From positions 96,001 to 160,000 of the forward strand of contig CAWGTN010000003.1 in assembly GCA_963825525.1 (NCBI GenBank): DNA of 64,000 bases, written 5' to 3'. The DNA comes from an uncultured Chloroflexia bacterium. GTDB lineage: Bacteria; Chloroflexota; Limnocylindria; QHBO01. Both the position numbers and the translations under genes were made by a program. Within the stretch, counting starts at the first letter, position 1. Each line of letters begins with the position of its first letter. This document shows positions 48,466 to 58,803 of the stretch, piece after piece. The notes beneath the pieces are model-generated. The model was not told the DNA's origin, did no database searches, and saw nothing but the letters and a program-made list of their open reading frames with translations.

Positions 48466-49284
48466 TCAGTCCCTTGAGCGGAGTCGCAGCGCGACCAGGG
48501 TGAGCGCCACGGTGCCGATCATCAGCAGCACGGCCATGGCGATGAGGACGGGCAGACGCTGGGCGAAGCGCACCTGCCCATAGAGAAACACCGGGAAGGT
48601 GGGGTCGCCGCCGACCAGGAAGATGGCGAGCGCGATCTCGTCGAACGACACGATGAAGCAGGTCAGCCAGGCGGCGACGATCGTCGGTCCCATGAGCGGC
48701 AGGACAACTCGACGAAGTGTCGCCGGATAGGTAGCGCCGAGGTCCATGGCCGCGTCCTCGAGCGCCGGGTCGAGCCCTGAGAGACGCGCCAGCTGGATCA
48801 GCGTGGCGTACGGCGTGGCGATGACGGTATGCCCGATGGCAACGCTCAGCAGTGAGCGCGGCAGGTCAACCGTCACGAACAGGAGGAAGAATGCGACGCC
48901 CATGACCACGAAGGGAACGACGAGAGGCAGCCCGGCGAGCGCAAGCAAGGCTGCGCGGCCACGGAACTGGAAGCGGAGGACCGCTGTGGCGACGAGGAAC
49001 CCAATGGTGGTGGCGATGGTTGCCGAGGCTGTTCCCACCAGCAGGCTGTTCCGCGCGGCGGCGAGCATCGGGCCGTTGCCGAGCACGTCCGCGTACCAGT
49101 CGAGCGTCAGGCCCTCGATCGGGAATCGAAGCGTCGATCCGGCATTGAACGAGAAGACGAAGAGGATCCCGATCGGCAGGTAGAGAAGGACGAGCATGAG
49201 CGCGTAGAAGGCGCGGAGGGGAACCGCGGTCCCGCCGACGCCGATGTGCCGCGAGCGGCGGGATGGCACCGAACGACCCATCAC
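48466..49284 (-). CDS. Polyamine-type ABC permease (PotC-like)
   Basis: FSFN, LEDAAMDLGA, SFDE. Confidence 0.92.
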   Translation of the reverse strand: MMGRSVPSRRSRHIGVGGTAVPLRAFYALMLVLLYLPIGILFVFSFNAGSTLRFPIEGLTLDWYADVLGNGPMLAAARNSLLVGTASATIATTIGFLVATAVLRFQFRGRAALLALAGLPLVVPFVVMGVAFFLLFVTVDLPRSLLSVAIGHTVIATPYATLIQLARLSGLDPALEDAAMDLGATYPATLRRVVLPLMGPTIVAAWLTCFIVSFDEIALAIFLVGGDPTFPVFLYGQVRFAQRLPVLIAMAVLLMIGTVALTLVALRLRSRD

Positions 49285-50141
49285 AGGGACACCCGCTTCA
49301 GGTTCACGACCCGAAGGGCGATCAGCACAAGCAGCAGCGTCAGGACAAGCATGATCACCGCCATCGCCGCGCCCAGCGGCCAGTTGGCGGAACGCGTGAA
49401 GAAGCCAAGGATGATGTTGCCGTACATGATCCCGTCCGTTCCGCCGACCAGGGCTGGCGTGACGTACTCACCGACGGTCGGGATGAAGACCATGAAGAAG
49501 GTGGCAAGAGCGCCGGGAATGCTCAGCGGCACCGTGATACGCCAGAAGCGGGCCCAGGGGCCGGCCCCGAGATCGGCCGCTGCCTCGAGGTGGTTGCGAT
49601 CGATGCGCTGCATGGCCGCATAGATCGGCAAGGCGGCGAAAGGCACCCAGACATACACGAGCGTGACGATCACTGCGGGACGGCTGTAGAGGAGAAGCGT
49701 CACCGGCTCGTTGGTCAGGCCGATGCTCTCGAGGAGGGAATTGATGGTGCCTTCCGGGCCGAGCATCAGCTTCCAGGCCATGATGCGAAGGAGATAGCTC
49801 ACCGCGAACGGGACGAGCAGGAGGGTCAGATACAGCGTCGCCCGGTTTCCGGCCCGGAAGGTGAGGAAGTAGGCGATCGGATACGCCAGCAGGGTCGCGC
49901 CTGTGGCGATGCCGACGGCAGTGACCACCGAAAGGCCGAGCTGTCTCATGAAGGCCGGGGTGCTCAGGATCTGCTCGTAGTGCTCGAGGGACGGAGCGAA
50001 GCCGCCGTCAGGGCCGACCGCGCCTGAGCCTGAGCGAAGGCTGAAGGCCAGGATGAGCAGCACCGGGACGACGAAGAACAGCGCGAGCCACACCGCGGGC
50101 GGCCCGACGAGCAACGGCAGCGTTCTTCGACGTCCGAGCAC
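49281..50141 (-). CDS. Polyamine-type ABC permease (PotB-like)
   Basis: LAYPIAY, EAAADLGA, NWPLGAA. Confidence 0.92.
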   Translation of the reverse strand: MLGRRRTLPLLVGPPAVWLALFFVVPVLLILAFSLRSGSGAVGPDGGFAPSLEHYEQILSTPAFMRQLGLSVVTAVGIATGATLLAYPIAYFLTFRAGNRATLYLTLLLVPFAVSYLLRIMAWKLMLGPEGTINSLLESIGLTNEPVTLLLYSRPAVIVTLVYVWVPFAALPIYAAMQRIDRNHLEAAADLGAGPWARFWRITVPLSIPGALATFFMVFIPTVGEYVTPALVGGTDGIMYGNIILGFFTRSANWPLGAAMAVIMLVLTLLLVLIALRVVNLKRVSL

Positions 50142-50174
50142 CGTGATGTGCCTCGCGCTCGCGCTCGGCCCGGT

Positions 50175-51290
50175 CTACTCCGCCTGCACTCGCTCCCACA
50201 TGGCGGTCCAGGCGGTCCGCTGCTCGTCGGTGACGATCGGCGTGAAATTCGTGGACTCGAGGATGGACGGGTCGTTGATGCCGAACGCCTCGATCAGCAC
50301 TGGGTCATCGATGGCGGCCATGACATCGGCGTTCGCACATCCGTAGTAGAAGAGCGAGACCGCGTTTCCGCAGGTCGCCTCCGCGAGCTTCAGATCCAGG
50401 AACTTGAGCGCCAGCTCGTAACTGTCGGTCTCGGCGCTGATGCCGTACAGGCCGACCCACGAGTTGCGTCCCTCGTCCGGGTTCGCGTACGCGACCGGGT
50501 CGCCGGCCGCGAGGGCCGTGGCGTAGCAGCCTTGCCACGCATAGGCGACCCAGACCGTGCCGTCCTGCACCGATGGGCAGAGGTCCGTGTATTCGCCGGT
50601 CCAGTAGAACGCGTTGAGGGGCTTCTGGGCGATCCAGTCGGCCTCGATCTGAGCGAGCTGGTCATCGGTCAGCGCGGTCTCATCCCAGCCATTGATGTAC
50701 GACGAGACGGCAACGGCGGCCGGCCCGTCATTCCACATCGATACGTGGCCGGCAAAGGCCGGGTCGAGCAGTGCGTCCCAGCTCGTCACCTCCGGCACGT
50801 GATCCGTGTTGTACAGGATCGAGCTGAAGCCCCAGTCCCAAGGGAGGAAATACTGCTTCCCGTCGACCTGGCCGAGCTGTCGGTACTCCTCCGGCACCTT
50901 GTCCCAGTTGGACAGTTTGCTCGTGTCGATCTCTCGAACGAGGCCCTCATCCACGTAGAACTGCTGCCAGCCCGTGTAGAAGTGGAAGACGTCGGCCTGG
51001 CTGCCGGCCTGCATGAGCGCCAGGATGTTGGCGTCGGTGTCACCGAACTCGAAGTTGACCTGGGTGTCCGGACTCGCCGACTTGAAGTCGGTCCAGAAGT
51101 CTTCGGCTTCGTATCCGCTCCACTCCAGCACGAGGAGCTCGTCCGGCTCGGCCGCAGCCGATGGACTGGACGCCGGCTCGCCAGACGATGCCCCGCCAGA
51201 TCCGCCACCGACGTTGGTTCCGCAGGCAGCGAGCAGCAGCCCGATGGCCACGATGGGTGCGGTGAATCGCGTCAGATGCGTGGTTCGCAT
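50175..51290 (-). CDS. Polyamine-type ABC substrate-binding lipoprotein (PotD-like)
   Basis: LAAC, WSGY, PWDWG, SWDAL. Confidence 0.9.
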   Translation of the reverse strand: MRTTHLTRFTAPIVAIGLLLAACGTNVGGGSGGASSGEPASSPSAAAEPDELLVLEWSGYEAEDFWTDFKSASPDTQVNFEFGDTDANILALMQAGSQADVFHFYTGWQQFYVDEGLVREIDTSKLSNWDKVPEEYRQLGQVDGKQYFLPWDWGFSSILYNTDHVPEVTSWDALLDPAFAGHVSMWNDGPAAVAVSSYINGWDETALTDDQLAQIEADWIAQKPLNAFYWTGEYTDLCPSVQDGTVWVAYAWQGCYATALAAGDPVAYANPDEGRNSWVGLYGISAETDSYELALKFLDLKLAEATCGNAVSLFYYGCANADVMAAIDDPVLIEAFGINDPSILESTNFTPIVTDEQRTAWTAMWERVQAE

Positions 51291-51333
51291 GCTCGGTTGC
51301 CTCCTGATGCGCCGGAGCTCTAGATGCCAATCC

Positions 51334-51405
51334 CTGAAGCGTTGCTCAAGATCGGATCGTACTGCGCCGATACAGGTCGGTCAAGATTCTGAAGCATGCC
51401 TTCAG
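51334..51405 (-). promoter_or_regulatory. potD promoter (TTGACC-17-TACGAT) flanked by two CTGAAG-N5-CTTCAG operators
   Basis: Sites at 51334-51350 and 51389-51405; -35 at 51384-51379, -10 at 51361-51356. Confidence 0.7.
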
Positions 51406-51413
51406 ATGGAGTG

Positions 51414-52838
51414 TCATCCACCCATCCGATAGCCGAGCAGCCGCGGGAGACGGGCGATCAACCGAACAAGGACGTTCGGCCGCCGATCCACCTGCTCCGC
51501 ATCGTCCTTGCGAACGAGTGCCTCGCGAACGAGTCGCGCACCGACATATCGGAACGGCTCGGGTGGGAAGGGCCGCGTGCGGGCACCGACGATCGGAAGC
51601 CGCGCCAATGGGTCCTGTCCGCCGTCGGTCAGCGCGGCCAGAATTCGTCCCGCCAGACGCGACGGCCCCACGCCGTTGCCGGAGTAGCCGTGGGCATAGT
51701 GGACCCGGCCGCCATACATTGAGCCGAGCGACGGTAGGCGATCCGCGGAGATGTCGATCGGGCCTCCCCACGCATCGTCGATTCGGACGTCGGCGAGCAT
51801 CGGAAAGAGGTGGCGAAACCCGGCCGCGGCCCGCGCCACGGCCGTCCGATCCGCCACGAACCCACGCCCGATGACACCGCCAAATCCGGCCCCACCGACC
51901 CCGGCGCCGAAGGCGATTCGCCCGTCCCGCGTGGTCCGGAAGTAGCTGACGGTGAAGCGAGCGTCGGTGATCGCCTCGCCTCCGGTCCACCCAAGCTCGG
52001 CGAGGCGTTCGGGGATCGGCTCCGTGAGCACGATGTAGCTGCCCCAGGTCATGAGCCGAGTGCGAAACCCTGGCCAGCCGGCGGCCCATGCGTTCAGCCC
52101 GAGCACCACCTGCGGTGCGCTGAGCGAGCCCTGGTCGGTTTCGAGGGTCAGCGACGAGCCGGCGCGCAGGCGCCGCACCCTGGTCTTCTCGTGGATCGTC
52201 ACCCCGCGCTCAATCAGCACGCTCCGGAGGCCACGAGCCAGGATCGCCGGCTGCACCGTGGCACCTCCGGGCATGAGGACACCGGCACGGAACCGCGGCG
52301 AGGCGCAGCGCCGCTGGACGTCCTTGGCATCGACGGGAACGTAGCGGTCGGCAACCCCGAGCTCGCGGCACACGCGTACGGGTGCCGCCCACGAGTCGTC
52401 TTGGGCGCGCGACGCACTGACTTCAAGGTAGCCGCCCGGCGTGAACCAGGCGTCGACCCCATGCCGCTCGCAGAACTCCCCGATCTGGCCGACGGCGCGC
52501 TCCGACGCTCGAGCGAGCTCGACGGCGGCATCCGGGCCGTGGAGTTCGGTCAGCAGTGGAAGCTGATCCCACCATCCGTGGACGAAGCCGCCGTTCCGTC
52601 CGCTCGGACCGCCTCCGCAGATGTCCTGCTCGAGGATCACGATGCGTGCGTCCGGCATCCGCTCGAGGAGCTCGTAGGCGGTCCACATCCCGGTGTAGCC
52701 TCCGCCGACGATCGCCACGTCACATTCCGCCGGGCCGAGGAGGGCAGCTGCGGGCGGATGATCGCCTTCAGCACGCAACGCCTCGCGCAGCCACCAACTG
52801 CGTCGATCACCGGGTTCGGGGAGCACCGGATGGTCCAC
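51414..52838 (-). CDS. FAD-dependent oxidoreductase (PuuB-like)
   Basis: VGGGYTGMWTA, GPSGRNGG, WGGPID, GYSGNGV. Confidence 0.88.
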   Translation of the reverse strand: MDHPVLPEPGDRRSWWLREALRAEGDHPPAAALLGPAECDVAIVGGGYTGMWTAYELLERMPDARIVILEQDICGGGPSGRNGGFVHGWWDQLPLLTELHGPDAAVELARASERAVGQIGEFCERHGVDAWFTPGGYLEVSASRAQDDSWAAPVRVCRELGVADRYVPVDAKDVQRRCASPRFRAGVLMPGGATVQPAILARGLRSVLIERGVTIHEKTRVRRLRAGSSLTLETDQGSLSAPQVVLGLNAWAAGWPGFRTRLMTWGSYIVLTEPIPERLAELGWTGGEAITDARFTVSYFRTTRDGRIAFGAGVGGAGFGGVIGRGFVADRTAVARAAAGFRHLFPMLADVRIDDAWGGPIDISADRLPSLGSMYGGRVHYAHGYSGNGVGPSRLAGRILAALTDGGQDPLARLPIVGARTRPFPPEPFRYVGARLVREALVRKDDAEQVDRRPNVLVRLIARLPRLLGYRMGG

Positions 52839-52845
52839 GGCGTAC

Positions 52846-52929
52846 CTAAAGCGTTGCTACAGTTCCGCGATCCTATCGGGCCAGCGGACGGTCGGTCAAG
52901 ATTGCATGCCTGAAGCGATCCTTTAGACT
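52846..52929. promoter_or_regulatory. Divergent promoter region with two further operator copies
   Basis: CTAAAGcgttgCTACAG 52846-52862; CTGAAGcgatcCTTTAG 52910-52926; minus-strand TTGACC-18-TAGGAT; plus-strand TAGACT 7 nt before the regulator ATG. Confidence 0.7.
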
Positions 52930-52936
52930 TGGCGCC

Positions 52937-53494
52937 ATGGCCGAGCAAGACGACATGATCGGGGCAACCCTCCGCGCCGTTCGGCGACGGCAGGGCATGA
53001 CACTGCGCCAGGTGGCTGAGGCGGCGGGCGTCACCGAGAGCTTCCTGTCGCAGGTCGAGCGAGACATCGCAAGCCCATCAATCGCCACGCTGCGGCGTGT
53101 CGCGGTTGCGCTCGGCACGTCCATCGGCGTACTCCTCGACGACGTCGGCCCCCAGGGCCAGCTGGTCCGCGCGGCGGACCGCCGGATTGTCACCTACCCG
53201 GGGCTGGATGCACGCGACGAGTTCCTTACCGATGGCAGCGGTGGGCGCCTGCAGGTGATCCTTTCGGTCGTGGAGCCCGGGGGCGGCACGGGTCCGGAGG
53301 CGTATAGCCACGAGTCGGACGAAGAGTGCCTCATCGTCCTCGAGGGCGCGCTCGACCTGTGGGTGGGTGCCGAACACCATCGGCTCGAGACCGGAGACGC
53401 CATCCGCTATCCGAGCCGCACACCGCATCGCAACGAGAACCCGGGGCCGGACACCGCACGCATCCTGTTCGTGATCACGCCGCCCAGCTATTGA
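52937..53494 (+). CDS. XRE-cupin regulator (PuuR-like)
   Basis: TLRQVAEAAGVTESFLSQVER; HESDEE, PHRNEN, ITPPSY. Confidence 0.92.
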   Translation: MAEQDDMIGATLRAVRRRQGMTLRQVAEAAGVTESFLSQVERDIASPSIATLRRVAVALGTSIGVLLDDVGPQGQLVRAADRRIVTYPGLDARDEFLTDGSGGRLQVILSVVEPGGGTGPEAYSHESDEECLIVLEGALDLWVGAEHHRLETGDAIRYPSRTPHRNENPGPDTARILFVITPPSY

Positions 53495-53551
53495 CCGCGT
53501 CGCCTTCCGTTGGCGGTGCGGTGGCGGCCGGGCCGCGGTAGCATCGGCTCA

Positions 53552-54772
53552 ATGAATGAGTCCGCGTCGCGCACCCCGGTCATCGTCGATGGCATTCGAA
53601 CACCCTTCGGCCGCTATGGCGGCGCGCTGAAGGACGTTCGGCCCGATGACATGGCCGCCCACGTCATCCGTACCCTGGTGGCGCGCAGCTCTCTCGATCC
53701 GACGGTCATCGATGACGTGATCCTCGGGGCGGCCAACCAGGCGGGCGAGGACAACCGAAACGTCGGACGCATGGGGGCGCTGCTCGCCGATCTCCCGGTC
53801 GAGGTCCCCGGACAGACGGTCAACCGGCTGTGCGGCTCGGGTCTGCAGGCGGTCATCACCGCCGCGCATGCCATCGCCTACGGCGACGGGTCGGTGTTCG
53901 TGGCCGGTGGCGTCGAGTCCATGACCCGCGCCCCGTTCGTGATGGCCAAGCCATCGGCTGCATTTCCGCGCGGTGAGCAGACCATGCACGACACCACGCT
54001 CGGCTGGCGCTTCACCAATCCGCGTCTCGCCGAGGCGTACTACCCGTACTCGATGGGAGAGACGGCGGAGAACGTGGTGGAGCGCACCGGCGTCAGCCGT
54101 GAGGAGCAGGATGCCTTCGCGGTCGGCTCGCAGCAGCGGTGGAAGGCGGCGCAGGATGCCGGTCGGTTCGCCGACGAGATCGTCCCGATCGAGGTCCCCG
54201 ACGGCCGGACGACCCGGATGTTCGACACCGACGAGCATCCGCGCCCCGACGCGACCCTCGAGGACCTGGCAAAGCTGAAGCCGGCGTTCTCACGGGACGC
54301 GTCGGGATCGGTCACGGCCGGCAACTCATCGGGCATCAACGACGGGGCGGCCGCGCTCCTGGTCATGAGCGAGTCTCGGGCGCGCGAGCTGGGCCTGAAG
54401 CCGATGGCGCGCCTCGTGGCATCGGCGGTTGCCGGTGTCGATCCCGCGACGATGGGATTGGGGCCGATCCCGGCATCCCGCCTGGCACTCGAGCGAGCGG
54501 GCCTGACGGTTGCCGATCTCGACCTGGTGGAGCTCAATGAAGCCTTCGCCGCGCAGGCCGTTCCGGTGATGCGCGAGCTCGGACTGGACCCAGTGCGGAC
54601 CAACGTGAACGGCGGGGCCATTGCGATCGGTCATCCGCTGGGGGCGTCCGGGGCGCGGCTCGCCGCGACCCTGGTGCACGAGATGCGGCGCCGCGGTGCA
54701 CGGTACGGGCTTGCAACCATGTGCATCGGCGTTGGCCAGGGAATCGCCGCCGTCTTCGAATCCGTCGAATAG
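53552..54772 (+). CDS. paaJ: Thiolase (PaaJ/PcaF 3-oxoadipyl-CoA thiolase-like)
   Basis: [45 protein letters not shown]. Confidence 0.85.
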   Translation: MNESASRTPVIVDGIRTPFGRYGGALKDVRPDDMAAHVIRTLVARSSLDPTVIDDVILGAANQAGEDNRNVGRMGALLADLPVEVPGQTVNRLCGSGLQAVITAAHAIAYGDGSVFVAGGVESMTRAPFVMAKPSAAFPRGEQTMHDTTLGWRFTNPRLAEAYYPYSMGETAENVVERTGVSREEQDAFAVGSQQRWKAAQDAGRFADEIVPIEVPDGRTTRMFDTDEHPRPDATLEDLAKLKPAFSRDASGSVTAGNSSGINDGAAALLVMSESRARELGLKPMARLVASAVAGVDPATMGLGPIPASRLALERAGLTVADLDLVELNEAFAAQAVPVMRELGLDPVRTNVNGGAIAIGHPLGASGARLAATLVHEMRRRGARYGLATMCIGVGQGIAAVFESVE

Positions 54773-54785
54773 CGACCGGCCGCCG

Positions 54786-55991
54786 GTGTCGGACGTTCGG
54801 CTGATCTTCTCGATCCAGGCCGTTCGCGCGTTCCTCTACGGGTTCAGCAGCATCCTCATCGGCGCGTCGCTGGCGGCAACCGGCCTCGACGCGGCCGCGG
54901 TCGGCGCCGTGTTCACTGCGATGCTGGTGGGCATGGCCATCTCCGCCATGGCAGTCGGCCGATGGGGCGAGCGATTCGGTCGGCGCCGGACATACGCGGT
55001 GCTCCTCGCGATGATGGGGATCGCCGGCACCGTGTTCGCGCTGACCGGCCTGGTTCCGCTCCTCGTGCTGGCCGCGTTGACCGGCACGCTCTCCACCGAC
55101 CCGAACGAGTCCGGGCCGATCACCAGCATGGAGCAGGCCATGCTCTCCACCGCGCCGGCGACGGAGAGGGCACGGGTCTATGGCCGCTACAACGCCGTCG
55201 CGTATCTCGCGGGTGCGGTTGGGGCGCTCGCCGCCGGCGGACCGACCGCTCTGCGCGCGATCCTGCCCGGGCTGCCCCCCGACCAGCGCTGGCTGCTGCT
55301 CATGCCGATCGGCGCCGTCGTGTGCGTGATGCTGGCGCTTCGGCTCTCCACGACGGTGGAGGTCGAGCGCACGCCCATGCCCGGTGCGCGGGGGCTGCAG
55401 CGCTCGCGCGGTACCGTGCAGCGGCTCTCGGCACTTTTCGCGCTCGATGCCTTTGCCGGCGGCTTCATCGTCCAGACCTTCATGGTGTTCTGGTTCGGAC
55501 GCCAGTTCGGCGCGACGGCCGAGGTGATGGGCCTTGTCTTCTTTGCCGTCGGCCTGCTGCAGGCGGCGTCATCGGTCGCCGCCGGGTGGCTGGGCATGCG
55601 GATCGGCCTGCTGAACACCATGGTCTTCACGCACCTGCCGTCAAATGTGCTGCTCGCGCTGGTGCCGCTGGCTCCCACGTTCCTCGTCGCGGCGCTGCTC
55701 CTGATGGGCAGGTCCGCCCTGTCGCAGATGGACGTTCCGGCCCGGCAGGCGTACCTCGCGGCGCTCGTCGATCCGGCCGAGCGAACGGCGGCCGCCGCCT
55801 ACACCAATGCGGCGCGCCACGTGGTGCGGCCGGCCGGTCCGGCGCTCGCATCGGCGTCGATGGGTATGGCGGCGGGGATCCCGTTCCTCGTGGCGGGCGG
55901 TCTGAAGATCGTCTACGACCTGGCGCTGTACGTCACGTTCCGGCGGGTCTCGCTGGCTGACGACGATCCGCCTCCCACTCCCCGCGGGTGA
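54786..55991 (+). CDS. MFS transporter
   Basis: GERFGRRR, ALDAFAGG, MVFTHLPSN, SQMDVPARQ, LKIVYDL. Confidence 0.9.
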   Translation: MSDVRLIFSIQAVRAFLYGFSSILIGASLAATGLDAAAVGAVFTAMLVGMAISAMAVGRWGERFGRRRTYAVLLAMMGIAGTVFALTGLVPLLVLAALTGTLSTDPNESGPITSMEQAMLSTAPATERARVYGRYNAVAYLAGAVGALAAGGPTALRAILPGLPPDQRWLLLMPIGAVVCVMLALRLSTTVEVERTPMPGARGLQRSRGTVQRLSALFALDAFAGGFIVQTFMVFWFGRQFGATAEVMGLVFFAVGLLQAASSVAAGWLGMRIGLLNTMVFTHLPSNVLLALVPLAPTFLVAALLLMGRSALSQMDVPARQAYLAALVDPAERTAAAAYTNAARHVVRPAGPALASASMGMAAGIPFLVAGGLKIVYDLALYVTFRRVSLADDDPPPTPRG

Positions 55992-56514
55992 TCGCGTACT
56001 CGACGTCCCCGTGCTCGTCGCCCGGGATCTTGTACGGCCAGTCCCCGTGGAAGAGACGAATGAAGCGCAGTCCGGACTTCTCCATCACGCGACGCGACGC
56101 GCCATGGATGGCAAGGGCGAACGCGTTCACGCGGCTCGCGCCGAGGTCGGTGAAGGCCAGGTCGACCAGCGCCCGTGAGCCCTCGGTCGCGTAGCCCTTG
56201 CCCCAGGCCGCACGCATGAATCGGTAGCCGAGCTCAGGCTCGTCGTCAGGCGCGTCCTCCTCGGGGCGCAGGTGGAACCAGCCGAGGAAGTTGCCGGTCG
56301 ACTTCTCGATAGCGGCGAAGAACCCGTAGCCGGGCCAGCGGTCGTAGTGGGCAAGCCAACGTGCCAGCACGGCGGCACTCGCCTGGGGAATTCCTCCGGT
56401 GATGTGGAACGTCACGTCCGGGTCGCTGTCGAGCTCGACGATGAGGTCGAGGTCGTCGGAAGTGAAGCGGCGGATGAGCAGCCGATCGGTCTCGACCACG
56501 AGTTCCCCGCTCAT
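55933..56514 (-). CDS. RimJ/RimL-type GNAT acetyltransferase
   Basis: ETDRL, ELGYR...WGKGYATE, SRRVMEKSG. Confidence 0.92.
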   Translation of the reverse strand: MSGELVVETDRLLIRRFTSDDLDLIVELDSDPDVTFHITGGIPQASAAVLARWLAHYDRWPGYGFFAAIEKSTGNFLGWFHLRPEEDAPDDEPELGYRFMRAAWGKGYATEGSRALVDLAFTDLGASRVNAFALAIHGASRRVMEKSGLRFIRLFHGDWPYKIPGDEHGDVEYAITRGEWEADRRQPARPAGT

Positions 56515-56518
56515 CGGC

Positions 56519-57508
56519 TCAGGAGAGCTTGAGGTTCGGGAGCACCTTCTCCCCGAAGGTCGAGATGAAGGAGGCCTGGTCGCGCCCGACGTTGTGGATG
56601 TAGACCTCGTCGAAGCCCATGTCGACGAATTTCTGGATCTGGGCGGTGTGCTCCTCGAGATCGGCGCTGATGAGCATCCGATCCTTGAAGTTCTCGATCC
56701 TCACCAGCTTTGCGATGTTCGCGAAGTCCTCGGGGTTCTTGATGTCCTGCTTCGGGAATGGCATGCCGCCGTTCGGCCACTCCTTCAGGGCGTTCTCTTC
56801 GGCCTCGCCCTGCGTCGGTGCCCAGCTGATGTGGATCTGGAGCTGGGTTCGCATGGCCGATGCGTCCTTGCCCGCCTCCTTGGCGCCCTCGCGGAACTTG
56901 TCCCACAGCATCGCGATCTTCTCGTCGGCGGCGCCCACGGTGATGATCCCATCGGCGAACTTCCCGGTGCGCTTGGCATTCACCGGTCCGGCGGTGGCCA
57001 CGTAGATCGGGACCGGCTGCTCTGGGATCGTGTACAGGCGCGCCGACTCCAGGGTGAAGTAGTCACCATCGTGCTTGACGACCTTGCCGCTGAACAGCTT
57101 GCTGATGATCTCGATGCTCTCGAACATCATCCGGCTGCGTACCCCGATCTCCGGCCACTCGCCGCCGATGACGTGCTCGTTCAGCGCCTCGCCCGCGCCG
57201 AGTCCCAGCCAGAAGCGCCCCGGGTACATGGCGCCAAGCGTCGCGGCCGCATGTGCGATGACCGCGGGGTGATAGCGGAAGCCGGGACAGGTGACGGCGG
57301 TGCCGAAGGGAAGCGTCGTCCGCTGGCCGAGTGCGCCCATGAAGCTCCAGGCGAACGCACTCTGGCCCTGTTGTGGGGTCCATGGGTGGAAATGCTCGCT
57401 GACCTGGAAGCCGGCATCGAAGCCTGCGGCCTCGGATTGTTCCGCCCAGTCCAGGAGGTCCGTCGGATGGAACTGCTCGAGCATTGCCGCGTAGCCGATC
57501 TTCGTCAT
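56519..57508 (-). CDS. F420-dependent LLM oxidoreductase, G6PDH-like family
   Basis: EQFHP, SEHFHPW, GTAVTCP..RYHPA, GAGEALNE. Confidence 0.92.
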   Translation of the reverse strand: MTKIGYAAMLEQFHPTDLLDWAEQSEAAGFDAGFQVSEHFHPWTPQQGQSAFAWSFMGALGQRTTLPFGTAVTCPGFRYHPAVIAHAAATLGAMYPGRFWLGLGAGEALNEHVIGGEWPEIGVRSRMMFESIEIISKLFSGKVVKHDGDYFTLESARLYTIPEQPVPIYVATAGPVNAKRTGKFADGIITVGAADEKIAMLWDKFREGAKEAGKDASAMRTQLQIHISWAPTQGEAEENALKEWPNGGMPFPKQDIKNPEDFANIAKLVRIENFKDRMLISADLEEHTAQIQKFVDMGFDEVYIHNVGRDQASFISTFGEKVLPNLKLS

Positions 57509-57839
57509 GTGCCTAGCCTACCCGCTCCTCTCTTTCGGCGGTTGGGTGGGCGGCCCTCCACGGTATTGGTGGCCGCGCCTCGGTATATGGTGGGCTGGCC
57601 TCGACGGTTCCTGGAGGCGGCGCCTCGATCTATCACGGGATGTTCACGCGAGGCCACGGCTGCGCGTCGGATCTTCGAATTATCGAGCCCTCACGTGCGT
57701 GAGCGACGCGCGCGCGGACCCTTCACGCACCCTGCCACTCGATCCATCGCGGAAACGGCACCTGGCAAGGCTCCTCCGTGCGATTCCCTCGATCCATCGA
57801 GTGCGTGTCAACCGGCGCGGCACGAAAGCGGCGCGGCAC

Positions 57840-57879
57840 GAAAACGGCGCCGGCCGCCCAAGGGGCACCCGGCGCCGTT
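57840..57879 (-). terminator. Intrinsic terminator of the secreted-protein gene
   Basis: AACGGCGCCGG/CCGGCGCCGTT stem ending in TTTT on the minus strand. Confidence 0.7.
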
Positions 57880-57894
57880 GATCGCAGTCAGGAC

Positions 57895-58665
57895 TCAGGC
57901 GCCGTCACCCTCTGCATCAGTGCTCGAGTCGTCCGCGCCACCGTCACCGTGGTGGCCCGGACCGAAGTGACCGCGTCCGCCGCCGAACCCGCCGAACCCG
58001 CCCAGGCCGCGACCGTCGAACTGTCCGCCAGCTTCGAGCCAGGTGTCCAGGTGCTCGATCGCCGCATCGGCGCGAGCCTGGTCCATGCCCTCGGCGACCG
58101 CGGCATCAAGGTCCGCCTGGACCGCCGCGCGCACCGAAGCCTTGACGTCGTCGTAGGCAACGCCCTGCGTCTCGGCCAGCGCCTCGAGGGATCCGGCCTC
58201 GCGCGCCTGCCCGATGAGGTCGGCGCTCTCGATGCCCAGTGCATCGGCTGCCGCCTCGAAGACATCGCCGCCGAGGAAGCCGCGGGCCATACCCCGTTCC
58301 TCTCCGGCATGGAGGCCGCGTCCGAAGGCTCGCCCGAACAGCTCGCAGCCTTCGCCGTCATAGGCGTCGACCCGTTCGCGAAGCTCGGTCGCTCGCTCCT
58401 CGGTGAGATCGCCGGCCGCAACGGCGGCGTCGATCGCGGCGTTGGCCGCCGACTGACCGGCGCTCACCAGGCCGGCGCGATCGGTCCCGAGCTCGGACGA
58501 CAGCGTATCCAGGAACGTGTCGCAGTATTCGCCGGCCGCGCCGGTGGTCTGGCCATCGCTGGCGGCTGGTTCGTCGGTGGCCAGCGCGGAGCCGATGAGG
58601 GTTCCGCCCAGCAGGGCCGAAACCAGGAGGGCTCCGGCAAAGCCGAGTGTTTTCGTGATGCGCAT
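57895..58665 (-). CDS. Secreted helical-repeat protein
   Basis: Signal peptide ending ALA; repeats IDAAVAAGDLTEERA / LDAAVAEGMDQARA; G/H-rich tail; GAGGT RBS. Confidence 0.8.
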   Translation of the reverse strand: MRITKTLGFAGALLVSALLGGTLIGSALATDEPAASDGQTTGAAGEYCDTFLDTLSSELGTDRAGLVSAGQSAANAAIDAAVAAGDLTEERATELRERVDAYDGEGCELFGRAFGRGLHAGEERGMARGFLGGDVFEAAADALGIESADLIGQAREAGSLEALAETQGVAYDDVKASVRAAVQADLDAAVAEGMDQARADAAIEHLDTWLEAGGQFDGRGLGGFGGFGGGRGHFGPGHHGDGGADDSSTDAEGDGA

Positions 58666-58803
58666 TGGTACCTCACTGATGTGGGTGGATGAGGGCGGTG
58701 TCGTGTCGACGGCCAACGATGAGCGGAGGCGATGAAGATCGCACCAAGATCGACGGTGCCGGTCTTCACATCGTCTGAATCGGCTCCGACTACGATGCGG
58801 CCA

